This document shows, in pieces, positions 30,201 through 41,427 of a DNA stretch of 64,000 nt. The stretch comes from Eledone cirrhosa (Eukaryota): contig OZ024741.1 of assembly GCA_964016885.1 (NCBI GenBank), positions 244,466,001-244,530,000 of the forward strand. The letters are read 5' to 3'. Below the pieces are notes generated by a model that did not search any database, had not been told where the DNA came from, and worked only from the letters and a program-made list of their open reading frames with translations. The translations under genes and the position numbers were made by a program. Every line of letters starts with the position of its first letter. Position 1 is the stretch's first letter.

Positions 30201-32783
30201 CTTCGTCATTTAGCATGGGCAGCTTTTCTTGAAAATCACACCACACTCAGCAAATGTGTGTCTGCACATGTACCAGTAATTACAGATCGATCCGCCCACG
30301 GGTAGCCGGCCCACGATCGAAAATGTAACTCCGCCGGCAAATCCGCATTTTTGTGATTCGTTTCTTCGAAGCACACCATTCGCCGCCGGACTTCAGCTTC
30401 CACATTTAGCATGGGCAGCTTTTCTTGAAAATCACACCACACTCAGCAAATGTGTGTCTGCACATGTACCAGTAATTACAGATCGATCCGCCCACGGGTG
30501 GCCGGCCCACGATCGAAAATGTAACTCCGCCGGCAAATCCGCATTTTTGTGATTCGTTTCTTCGAAGCACACCATTCGCCGCCGGACTTCAGCTTCCACA
30601 TTTGGCATGTGCAGCTTTTCTTGAAAATCACACCACACACAGCCAATCTGTGTCTGCACATGTACCAGTAATTACAGATCGATCCGACCAAGGGCGGCCG
30701 GCCCACGATCGAAAAGGTAACTCCGCCGGCAAATCCGCATTTTTGTGATTCGTTTCTTCGAAGCACACCATTCGCTGGTGGACTTCAGCTTCCTCATTTA
30801 GCATGGGCAGCTTTTCTTGAAAATCACACCACACTCAGCAAATGTGTGTCTGCACATGTACCAGTAATTACAGATCGATCCGACCACGGGCGGTCAGCCC
30901 ACGATCGAAAAGGTAACTCCGCCGGCAAATCCGCATTTTTGTGATTCGTTTCTTCGAAGCACACCATTCGCCGCCGGACTTCAGCTTCCACATTTAGCAT
31001 GGGCAGCTTTTCTTGAAAATCACACCACACTCAGCAAATGTGTGTCTGCACATGTACCAGTAATTACAGATCGATCCGACCGCGGGCGGCCTGCCCACGA
31101 TCGAAAAGGTAACTCCGCAGGCAAATTCGCATTTTTGTGATTCGTTTCTTCGAAGCACACCATTCGCTGGTGGACTTCAGCTTCGTCATTTAGCATGGGC
31201 AGCTTTTCTTGAAAATCACACCACACTCAGCAAATGTGTGTCTGCACATGTACCAGTAATTACAGATCGATCCGACCACGGGCGGCCTGCCCACGATCGA
31301 AGAGGTAACTCCGCAGGCAAATTCGCATTTTTGTGATTCGTTTCTTCGAAGCACACCATTCGCTGGTGGACTTCAGCTTCCTCATTTAGCATGGGCAGCT
31401 TTTCTTGAAAATCACACCACACTCAGCAAATGTGTGTCTGCACATGTACCAGTAATTACAGATCGATCGGACCACGGGCGGCCGGCTCACGATCGAAAAG
31501 GTAACTCCGCCGGCAAATCCGCATTTTTGTGATTCGTTTCTTCGAAGCTCACCATTCGCCGCCGGACTTCAGCTTCCTCATTTAGCATGGGCAGCTTTTC
31601 TCGAAAATCACAACACACTCAGCAAATGTGTGTCTGCACATGTACCAGTAATTACAGATCGATCCGACCTGGGGCGGCCGGCCCACGATCGAAAAGGTAA
31701 CTCCGGCGGCAAATTCGCATTTTTGTGATTCGTTTCTTTGAAGCACACCATTCGCTGGTGGACTTCAGCTTCCTCATTTAGCATGGGCAGCTTTTCTTGA
31801 AAATCACACCACACACAGCCAATGAGTGTCTGCACATGTACCAGTAATTACAGATCGATACGACCACGGGCGGCCTGCCCACGATCGAAAAGGTAACTCC
31901 GCAGGCAAATTCGCATTTTTGTGATTCGTTTCTTCGAAGCACACCATTCGCTGGTGGACTTCAGCTTCGTCATTTAGCATGGGCAGCTTTTCTTGAAAAT
32001 CACACCACACTCAGCAAATGTGTGTCTGCACATGTACCAGTAATTACAGATCGATCCGCCCACGGGTAGCCGGCCCACGATCGAAAATGTAACTCCGCCG
32101 GCAAATCCGCATTTTTGTGATTCGTTTCTTCGAAGCACACCATTCGCCGCCGGACTTCAGCTTCCACATTTAGCATGGGCAGCTTTTCTTGAAAATCACA
32201 CCACACTCAGCAAATGTGTGTCTGCACATGTACCAGTAATTACAGATCGATCCGCCCACGGGTGGCCGGCCCACGATCGAAAATGTAACTCCGCCGGCAA
32301 ATCCGCATTTTTGTGATTCGTTTCTTCGAAGCACACCATTCGCCGCCGGACTTCAGCTTCCACATTTGGCATGTGCAGCTTTTCTTGAAAATCACACCAC
32401 ACACAGCCAATCTGTGTCTGCACATGTACCAGTAATTACAGATCGATCCGACCAAGGGCGGCCGGCCCACGATCGAAAAGGTAACTCCGCCGGCAAATCC
32501 GCATTTTTGTGATTCGTTTCTTCGAAGCACACCATTCGCTGGTGGACTTCAGCTTCCTCATTTAGCATGGGCAGCTTTTCTTGAAAATCACACCACACTC
32601 AGCAAATGTGTGTCTGCACATGTACCAGTAATTACAGATCGATCCGACCACGGGCGGTCAGCCCACGATCGAAAAGGTAACTCCGCCGGCAAATCCGCAT
32701 TTTTGTGATTCGTTTCTTCGAAGCACACCATTCGCCGCCGGACTTCAGCTTCCACATTTAGCATGGGCAGCTTTTCTTGAAAA
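27100..32783. repeat. 9-monomer HOR units (1764 bp) with an intervening 6-mer (1176 bp)
   Basis: The GATACGAC-type monomer lies at 27100, 28864, 30040 and 31804, giving spacings of 1764, 1176 and 1764. Confidence 0.87.
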
Positions 32784-33763
32784 TCACACCACACTCAGCA
32801 AATGTGTGTCTGCACATGTACCAGTAATTACAGATCGATCGGACCACGGGCGGCCGGCTCACGATCGAAAAGGTAACTCCGCCGGCAAATCCGCATTTTT
32901 GTGATTCGTTTCTTCGAAGCACACCATTCGCCGCCGGACTTCAGCTTCCTCATTTAGCATGGGCAGCTTTTCTTGAAAATCACACCACACTCAGCAAATG
33001 TGTGTCTACACATGTACCAGTAATTACAGATCGATCCGACCGCGGGCGGCCTGCCCACGATCGAAAAGGTAACTCCGCAGGCAAATTCGCATTTTTGTGA
33101 TTCGTTTCTTCGAAGCACACCAATCGCTGGTGGACTTCAGCTTCGTCATTTAGCATGGGCAGCTTTTCTTGAAAATCACACCACACTCAGAAAATGTGTG
33201 TCTGCACATGTACCAGTAATTACAGATCGATCCGCCCACGGGTAGCCGGCCCACGATCGAAAATGTAACTCCGCCGGCAAATCCGCATTTTTGTGATTCG
33301 TTTCTTCGAAGCACACCATTCGCCGCCGGACTTCAGCTTCCACATTTAGCATGGGCAGCTTTTCTTGATAATCACACCACACTCAGCAAATGTGTGTCTG
33401 CACATGTACCAGTAATTACAGATCGATCCGCCCACGGGTAGCCGGCCCACGATAGAAAATGTAACTCCGCCGGCAAATCCGCATTTTTGTGATTCGTTTC
33501 TTCGAAGCACACCATTCGCCGCCGGACTTCAGCTTCCACATTTAGCATGGGCAGCTTTTCTTGAAAATCACACCACACTCAGCAAATATGTGTCTGCACA
33601 TGTACCAGTAATTACAGATCGATCCGACCACGGGCGGCCTGCCCACGATCGAAGAGGTAACTCCGCAGGCAAATTCGCATTTTTGTGATTCGTTTCTTCG
33701 AAGCACACCATTCGCTGGTGGACTTCAGCTTCGTCATTTAGCATGGGCAGCTTTTCTTGAAAA

Positions 33764-33990
33764 TCACACCACACTCAGCAAATGTGTGTCTGCACATGTA
33801 CCAGTAATTACAGATCGATCCGACCTGGGGCGGCCGGCCCGCGATTGAAAAGGTAACTCCGCCAGCAAATCGTCATTTTTGGATTCGTTTTCTTCGAAGC
33901 ACACCATTCGCCGGCGGACTTTGTTGACGTTTAACACGGTTTGGTTCCACAGCCACAACTGTTGATTTTACGGAGATATCTTGCTGAAAT
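33764..33990. repeat. First 227-bp variant monomer (22 copies in the window)
   Basis: A 69-bp tail TGTTGACGTTTAACACGGTTTGGTTCCACAGCCACAACT(G/A)TTGATTTTACGGAGATATCTTGCTGAAAT replaces the 38-bp tail of the 196-mer. Copies start at 33764, 35950, 36177, 38364, 38591, 40190, 40613, 42408, 43223, 43450, 44069, 46648, 47267, 49846, 50661, 50888, 51507, 55463, 59419, 61415, 63602 and 63829 (truncated). Confidence 0.97.
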
Positions 33991-36900
33991 TCACGCCACA
34001 CATACCCAATGAGTGTCTGCACATGTACCAGTAATTACAGATCGATCCGCCCACGGGTGGCCGGCCCACGATCTAAAATGTAACTCCGCCGGCAAATCCG
34101 CATTTTTGTGATTGTTTCTTCGAAGCACACCATTCGCCGCCGGACTTCAGCTTCCTCATTTAGCATGGGCAGCTTTTCTTGAAAATCACACCACACTCAG
34201 CAAATGTATGTCTGCACATGTACCAGTAATTACAGATCGATCCGCCCACGGGTGGCCGGCCCACGATCGAAAATGTAACTCCGCCGGCAAATCCGCATTT
34301 TTGTGATTCGTTTCTTCGAAGCACACCATTCGCCACCGGACTTCAGCTTCCACATTTGACATGGGCAGCTTTTCTTAAAAATCACACCACACTCAGCAAA
34401 TGTGTGTCTGCACATGTACCAGTAATTACAGATCGATCCGACCACGGGCGGCCTGCCCACGATCGAAAAGGTAACTCCGCAGGCAAATTCGCATTTTTGT
34501 GATTCGTTTCTTCGAAGCACACCATTCGCTGGTGGACTTCAGCTTCCTCATTTAGCATGGGCAGCTTTTCTTGAAAATCACACCACACTCAGCAAATGTG
34601 TGTCTGCACATGTACCAGTAATTACAGATCGATCCGACCACGGGCGGCCGGCCCACGATCGAAAAGGTAACTCCGCCGGCAAATCCGCATTTTTGTGATT
34701 CGTTTCTTCGAAGCACACCATTCGCCGCCGGACTTCAGCTTCCACATTTAGCATGGGCAGCTTTTCTTGAAAATCACACCACACTCAGCAAATGTGTGTC
34801 TGCACATGTACCAGTAATTACAGATCGATCGGACCACGGGCGGCCGGCTCACGATCGAAAAGGTAACTCCGCCGGCAAATCCGCATTTTTGTGATTCGTT
34901 TCTTCGAAGCACACCATTCGCCGGCGGACTTCAGCTTCCTCATTTAGCATGGGCAGCTTTTCTTGAAAATCACACCACACTCAGCAAATGTGTGTCTGCA
35001 CATGTACCAGTAATTACAGATCGATCCGCCCACGGGTGGCCGCCCCACGATCTAAAATGTAACTCCGCCGGCAAATCCGCATTTTTGTGATTCGTTTCTT
35101 CGAAGCACACCATTCGCCGCCGGACTTCAGCTTCCACATTTAGCATGGGCAGCTTTTCTTGAAAATCACACCACACTCAGCAAATCTGTGTCTGCACATG
35201 TAACAGTAATTACAGATCGATCCGACCACGGGCGGTCAGCCCACGATCGAAAAGGTAACTCCGCCGGCAAATCCGCATTTTTGTGATTCGTTTCTTCGAA
35301 GCACACCATTCGCCGCCGGACTTCAGCTTCCTCATTTAGCATGGGCAGCTTTTCTTGCAAATCACACTACACACAGCAAATCTGTGTCTGCACATGTACC
35401 AGTAACTACAGATCGATCCGACCACGGGCGGCCTGCCCACGATCGAAAAGGTAACTCCACAGGCAAATTCGCATTTTTGTGATTCGTTTCTTCGAAGCAC
35501 ACCATTCGCTGGTGGTCTTCAGCTTCCTCATTTAGCATGGGCAGCTTTTCTTGAAAATCACACCACACTCAGCAAATGTGTGTCTGCACATGTACCAGTA
35601 ATTACAGATCGATCCGCCCACGGGTGGCCGGCCCACGATCGAAAATGTAACTCCGCCGGCAAATCCGCATTTTTGTGATTCGTTTCTTCGAAGCACACCA
35701 TTCGCCGCCGGACTTCAGCTTCCACATTTAGCATGGGCAGCTTTTCTTGAAAATCACACCACACTCAGCAAATCTGTGTCTGCACATGTACCAGTAATTA
35801 CAGATCGATCCGACCACGGGCGGTCAGCCCACGATCGAAAAGGTAACTCCGCCGGCAAATCCGCATTTTTGTGATTCGTTTCTTCGAAGCACACCATTCG
35901 CCGCCGGACTTCAGCTTCCTCATTTAGCATGGGCAGCTTTTCTTGCAAATCACACTACACACAGCAAATCTGTGTCTGCACATGTACCAGTAACTACAGA
36001 TCGATCCGACCACGGGCGGCCGGCCCGCGATTGAAAAGGTAGCTCCGCCAGCAAATCGTCATTTTTTGATTCGTTTTCTTCGAAGCACACGATTCGCCGG
36101 CGGACTTTGTTGACGTTTAACACGGTTTGGTTCCACAGCCACAACTATTGATTTTACGGAGATATCTTGCTGAAATTCACGCCACACATAGCCAATGATT
36201 GTCTGCACATGTACCAGTAATTACAGATCGATCCGACCACGGGTGGCCGGCCCGCGATTGAAAAGGTAACTCCGCCAGCAAATCGTCATTTTTGGATTCG
36301 TTTTCTTCGAAGCACACCATTCGCCGGCGGACTTTGTTGACGTTTAACACGGTTTGGTTCCACAGCCACAACTGTTGATTTTACGGAGATATCTTGCTGA
36401 AATTCACGCCACACATACCCAATGAGTGTCTGCACATGTACCAGTAATTACAGATCGATCCGCCCACGGGTGGCCGGCCCACGATCTAAAATGTAACTCC
36501 GCCGGCAAATCCGCATTTTTGTGATTCGTTTCTTCGAAGCACACCATTCGCCGCCGGACTTCAGCTTCCTCATTTAGCATGGGCAGCTTTTCTTGAAAAT
36601 CACACCACACTCAGCAAATGTGTGTCTGCACATGTACCAGTAATTACAGATCGATCCGCCCACGGGTGGCCGGCCCACGATCGAAAATGTAACTCCGCCG
36701 GCAAATCCGCATTTTTGTGATTCGTTTCTTCGAAGCACACCATTCGCCACCGGACTTCAGCTTCCACATTTGACATGGGCAGCTTTTCTTAAAAATCACA
36801 CCACACTCAGCAAATGTGTGTCTGCACATGTACCAGTAATTACAGATCGATCCGACCACGGGCGGCCTGCCCACGATCGAAAAGGTAACTCCGCAGGCAA

Positions 36901-39900
36901 ATTCGCATTTTTGTGATTCGTTTCTTCGAAGCACACCATTCGCTGGTGGACTTCAGCTTCCTCATTTAGCATGGGCAGCTTTTCTTGAAAATCACACCAC
37001 ACTCAGCAAATGTGTGTCTGCACATGTACCAGTAATTACAGATCGATCCGACCACGGGCGGCCGGCCCACGATCGAAAAGGTAACTCCGCCGGCAAATCC
37101 GCATTTTTGTGATTCGTTTCTTCGAAGCACACCATTCGCCGCCGGACTTCAGCTTCCACATTTAGCATGGGCAGCTTTTCTTGAAAATCACACCACACTC
37201 AGCAAATGTGTGTCTGCACATGTACCAGTAATTACAGATCGATCGGACCACGGGCGGCCGGCTCACGATCGAAAAGGTAACTCCGCCGGCAAATCCGCAT
37301 TTTTGTGATTCGTTTCTTCGAAGCACACCATTCGCCGGCGGACTTCAGCTTCCTCATTTAGCATGGGCAGCTTTTCTTGAAAATCACACCACACTCAGCA
37401 AATGTGTGTCTGCACATGTACCAGTAATTACAGATCGATCCGCCCACGGGTGGCCGCCCCACGATCTAAAATGTAACTCCGCCGGCAAATCCGCATTTTT
37501 GTGATTCGTTTCTTCGAAGCACACCATTCGCCGCCGGACTTCAGCTTCCACATTTAGCATGGGCAGCTTTTCTTGAAAATCACACCACACTCAGCAAATC
37601 TGTGTCTGCACATGTAACAGTAATTACAGATCGATCCGACCACGGGCGGTCAGCCCACGATCGAAAAGGTAACTCCGCCGGCAAATCCGCATTTTTGTGA
37701 TTCGTTTCTTCGAAGCACACCATTCGCCGCCGGACTTCAGCTTCCTCATTTAGCATGGGCAGCTTTTCTTGCAAATCACACTACACACAGCAAATCTGTG
37801 TCTGCACATGTACCAGTAACTACAGATCGATCCGACCACGGGCGGCCTGCCCACGATCGAAAAGGTAACTCCGCAGGCAAATTCGCATTTTTGTGATTCG
37901 TTTCTTCGAAGCACACCATTCGCTGGTGGTCTTCAGCTTCCTCATTTAGCATGGGCAGCTTTTCTTGAAAATCACACCACACTCAGCAAATGTGTGTCTG
38001 CACATGTACCAGTAATTACAGATCGATCCGCCCACGGGTGGCCGGCCCACGATCGAAAATGTAACTCCGCCGGCAAATCCGCATTTTTGTGATTCGTTTC
38101 TTCGAAGCACACCATTCGCCGCCGGACTTCAGCTTCCACATTTAGCATGGGCAGCTTTTCTTGAAAATCACACCACACTCAGCAAATCTGTGTCTGCACA
38201 TGTACCAGTAATTACAGATCGATCCGACCACGGGCGGTCAGCCCACGATCGAAAAGGTAACTCCGCCGGCAAATCCGCATTTTTGTGATTCGTTTCTTCG
38301 AAGCACACCATTCGCCGCCGGACTTCAGCTTCCTCATTTAGCATGGGCAGCTTTTCTTGCAAATCACACTACACACAGCAAATCTGTGTCTGCACATGTA
38401 CCAGTAACTACAGATCGATCCGACCACGGGCGGCCGGCCCGCGATTGAAAAGGTAGCTCCGCCAGCAAATCGTCATTTTTTGATTCGTTTTCTTCGAAGC
38501 ACACGATTCGCCGGCGGACTTTGTTGACGTTTAACACGGTTTGGTTCCACAGCCACAACTATTGATTTTACGGAGATATCTTGCTGAAATTCACGCCACA
38601 CATAGCCAATGATTGTCTGCACATGTACCAGTAATTACAGAACGATCCGACCACGGGTGGCCGGCCCGCGATTGAAAAGGTAACTCCGCCAGCAAATCGT
38701 CATTTTTGGATTCGTTTTCTTCGAAGCACACCATTCGCCGGCGGACTTTGTTGACGTTTAACACGGTTTGGTTCCACAGCCACAACTGTTGATTTTACGG
38801 AGATATCTTGCTGAAATTCACGCCACACATACCCAATGAGTGTCTGCACATGTACCAGTAATTACAGATCGATCCGCCCACGGGTGGCCGGCCCACGATC
38901 TAAAATGTAACTCCGCCGGCAAATCCGCATTTTTGTGATTCGTTTCTTCGAAGCACACCATTCGCCGCCGGACTTCAGCTTCCTCATTTAGCATGGGCAG
39001 CTTTTCTTGAAAATCACACCACACTCAGCAAATGTGTGTCTGCACATGTACCAGTAATTACAGATCGATCCGCCCACGGGTGGCCGGCCCACGATCGAAA
39101 ATGTAACTCCGCCGGCAAATCCGCATTTTTGTGATTCGTTTCTTCGAAGCACACCATTCGCCACCGGACTTCAGCTTCCACATTTGACATGGGCAGCTTT
39201 TCTTAAAAATCACACCACACTCAGCAAATGTGTGTCTGCACATGTACCAGTAATTACAGATCGATCCGACCACGGGCGGCCTGCCCACGATCGAAAAGGT
39301 AACTCCGCAGGCAAATTCGCATTTTTGTGATTCGTTTCTTCGAAGCACACCATTCGCTGGTGGACTTCAGCTTCCTCATTTAGCATGGGCAGCTTTTCTT
39401 GAAAATCACACCACACTCAGCAAATGTGTGTCTGCACATGTACCAGTAATTACAGATCGATCCGACCACGGGCGGCCGGCCCACGATCGAAAAGGTAACT
39501 CCGCCGGCAAATCCGCATTTTTGTGATTCGTTTCTTCGAAGCACACCATTCGCCGCCGGACTTCAGCTTCCACATTTAGCATGGGCAGCTTTTCTTGAAA
39601 ATCACACCACACTCAGCAAATGTGTGTCTGCACATGTACCAGTAATTACAGATCGATCGGACCACGGGCGGCCGGCTCACGATCGAAAAGGTAACTCCGC
39701 CGGCAAATCCGCATTTTTGTGATTCGTTTCTTCGAAGCACACCATTCGCCGGCGGACTTCAGCTTCCTCATTTAGCATGGGCAGCTTTTCTTGAAAATCA
39801 CACCACACTCAGCAAATGTGTGTCTGCACATGTACCAGTAATTACAGATCGATCCGCCCACGGGTGGCCGCCCCACGATCTAAAATGTAACTCCGCCGGC

Positions 39901-40416
39901 AAATCCGCATTTTTGTGATTCGTTTCTTCGAAGCACACCATTCGCCGCCGGACTTCAGCTTCCACATTTAGCATGGGCAGCTTTTCTTGAAAATCACACC
40001 ACACTCAGCAAATCTGTGTCTGCACATGTAACAGTAATTACAGATCGATCCGACCACGGGCGGTCAGCCCACGATCGAAAAGGTAACTCCGCCGGCAAAT
40101 CCGCATTTTTGTGATTCGTTTCTTCGAAGCACACCATTCGCCGCCGGACTTCAGCTTCCTCATTTAGCATGGGCAGCTTTTCTTGCAAATCACACTACAC
40201 ACAGCAAATCTGTGTCTGCACATGTACCAGTAACTACAGATCGATCCGACCACGGGCGGCCGGCCCGCGATTGAAAAGGTAGCTCCGCCAGCAAATCGTC
40301 ATTTTTTGATTCGTTTTCTTCGAAGCATACCATTCGCCGGCGGACTTTGTTGACGTTTAACACGGTTTGGTTCCACAGCCACAACTATTGATTTTACGGA
40401 GATATCTTGCTGAAAT
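33991..40416. repeat. 12-monomer HOR of 2414 bp (10 x 196 + 2 x 227), about 2.7 copies
   Basis: Equivalent monomers lie at 34382/36796/39210, 35950/38364 and 36404/38818, all 2414 bp apart. The first copy has a 1-bp deletion (GATTGTTTC near 34113). Confidence 0.92.
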
Positions 40417-41427
40417 TCACGCCACACATACCCAATGAGTGTCTGCACATGTACCAGTAAATACAGATCGATCCGCCCACGGGTGGCCGGCCCACGATCT
40501 AAAATGTAACTCCGCCGGCAAATCCGCATTTTTGTGATTAGTTTCTTCGAAGCACACCATTCGCCGCCGGACTTGAGCTTCCTCATTTAGCATGGGCAGC
40601 TTTTCTTGCAAATCACACTACACACAGCAAATCTGTGTCTGCACATGTACCAGTAACTACAGATCGATCCGACCACGGGCGGCCGGCCCGCGATTGAAAA
40701 GGTAGCTCCGCCAGCAAATCGTCATTTTTTGATTCGTTTTCTTCGAAGCACACGATTCGCCGGCGGACTTTGTTGACGTTTAACACGGTTTGGTTCCACA
40801 GCCACAACTATTGATTTTACGGAGATATCTTGCTGAAATTCACGCCACACATAGCCAATGATTGTCTGCACATGTACCAGTAATTACAGATCGATCCGCC
40901 CACGGGTGGCCGGCCCACGATCTAAAATGTAACTCCGCCGGCAAATCCGCATTTTTGTGATTAGTTTCTTCGAAGCACACCATTCGCCGCCGGACTTGAG
41001 CTTCCTCATTTAGCATGGGCAGCTTTTCTTGAAAATCACACCACACTCAGCAAATGTGTGTCTGCACATGTACCAGTAATTACAGATCGATCGGACCACG
41101 GGCGGCCGGCTCACGATCGAAAAGGTAACTCCGCCGGCAAATCCGCATTTTTGTGATTCGTTTCTTCGAAGCACACCATTCGCCGCCGGACTTCGGCTTC
41201 CTCATTTAGCATGGGCAGCTTTTCTTGAAAATCACACCACACTCAGCAAATGTGTGTCTGCACATGTACCAGTAATTACAGATCGATCGGACCACGGGCG
41301 GCCGGCTCACGATCGAAAAGGTAACTCCGCCGGCAAATCCGCATTTTTGTGATTCGTTTCTTCGAAGCACACCATTCGCCGCCGGACTTCAGCTTCCTCA
41401 TTTAGCATGGGCAGCTTTTCTTGAAAA

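Larger units (their letters stand above)
52..33763. repeat. Left domain: 172 consecutive 196-bp monomers of about 13 recurring variant types
   Basis: 33764-52 = 33712 = 172 x 196, and every monomer-anchored ORF keeps this register. Diagnostic variants include GACCTGGGG, GATACGAC, ACCAAGGG, GAAGAGG, GAAGCTC, TTTGGCATGTGC, GACCGCGGG and GGTAGCC. Confidence 0.97.

Noticed and set aside
34110-34120. Single 1-bp deletion (195-bp monomer) as a meaningful variant
   Set aside because: It is a singleton absent from the sister HOR copies at 36404 and 38818, so it may be a private mutation or a consensus error.
34699-34740. CENP-B box
   Set aside because: The TTCG motifs are not followed by the A..CGGG of NTTCGNNNNANNCGGGN on either strand. 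The best match I found is 6 of 9 core positions.
34578-34773. Satellite-encoded hammerhead ribozyme (minus strand CTGAAGT...GAAAC)
   Set aside because: The core should be CUGANGA but reads CTGAAGT. The putative stem III is followed by CC rather than UH, and I found no stem I or II. An Infernal search with Rfam hammerhead models would settle it.
34700-34795. tRNA/SINE-derived Pol III A and B boxes (minus strand TTGCTGAGTGTGG and CTTCGAAG)
   Set aside because: The matches are degenerate, the B box lacks the GTTC G in nearly all copies, and no cloverleaf can be drawn.
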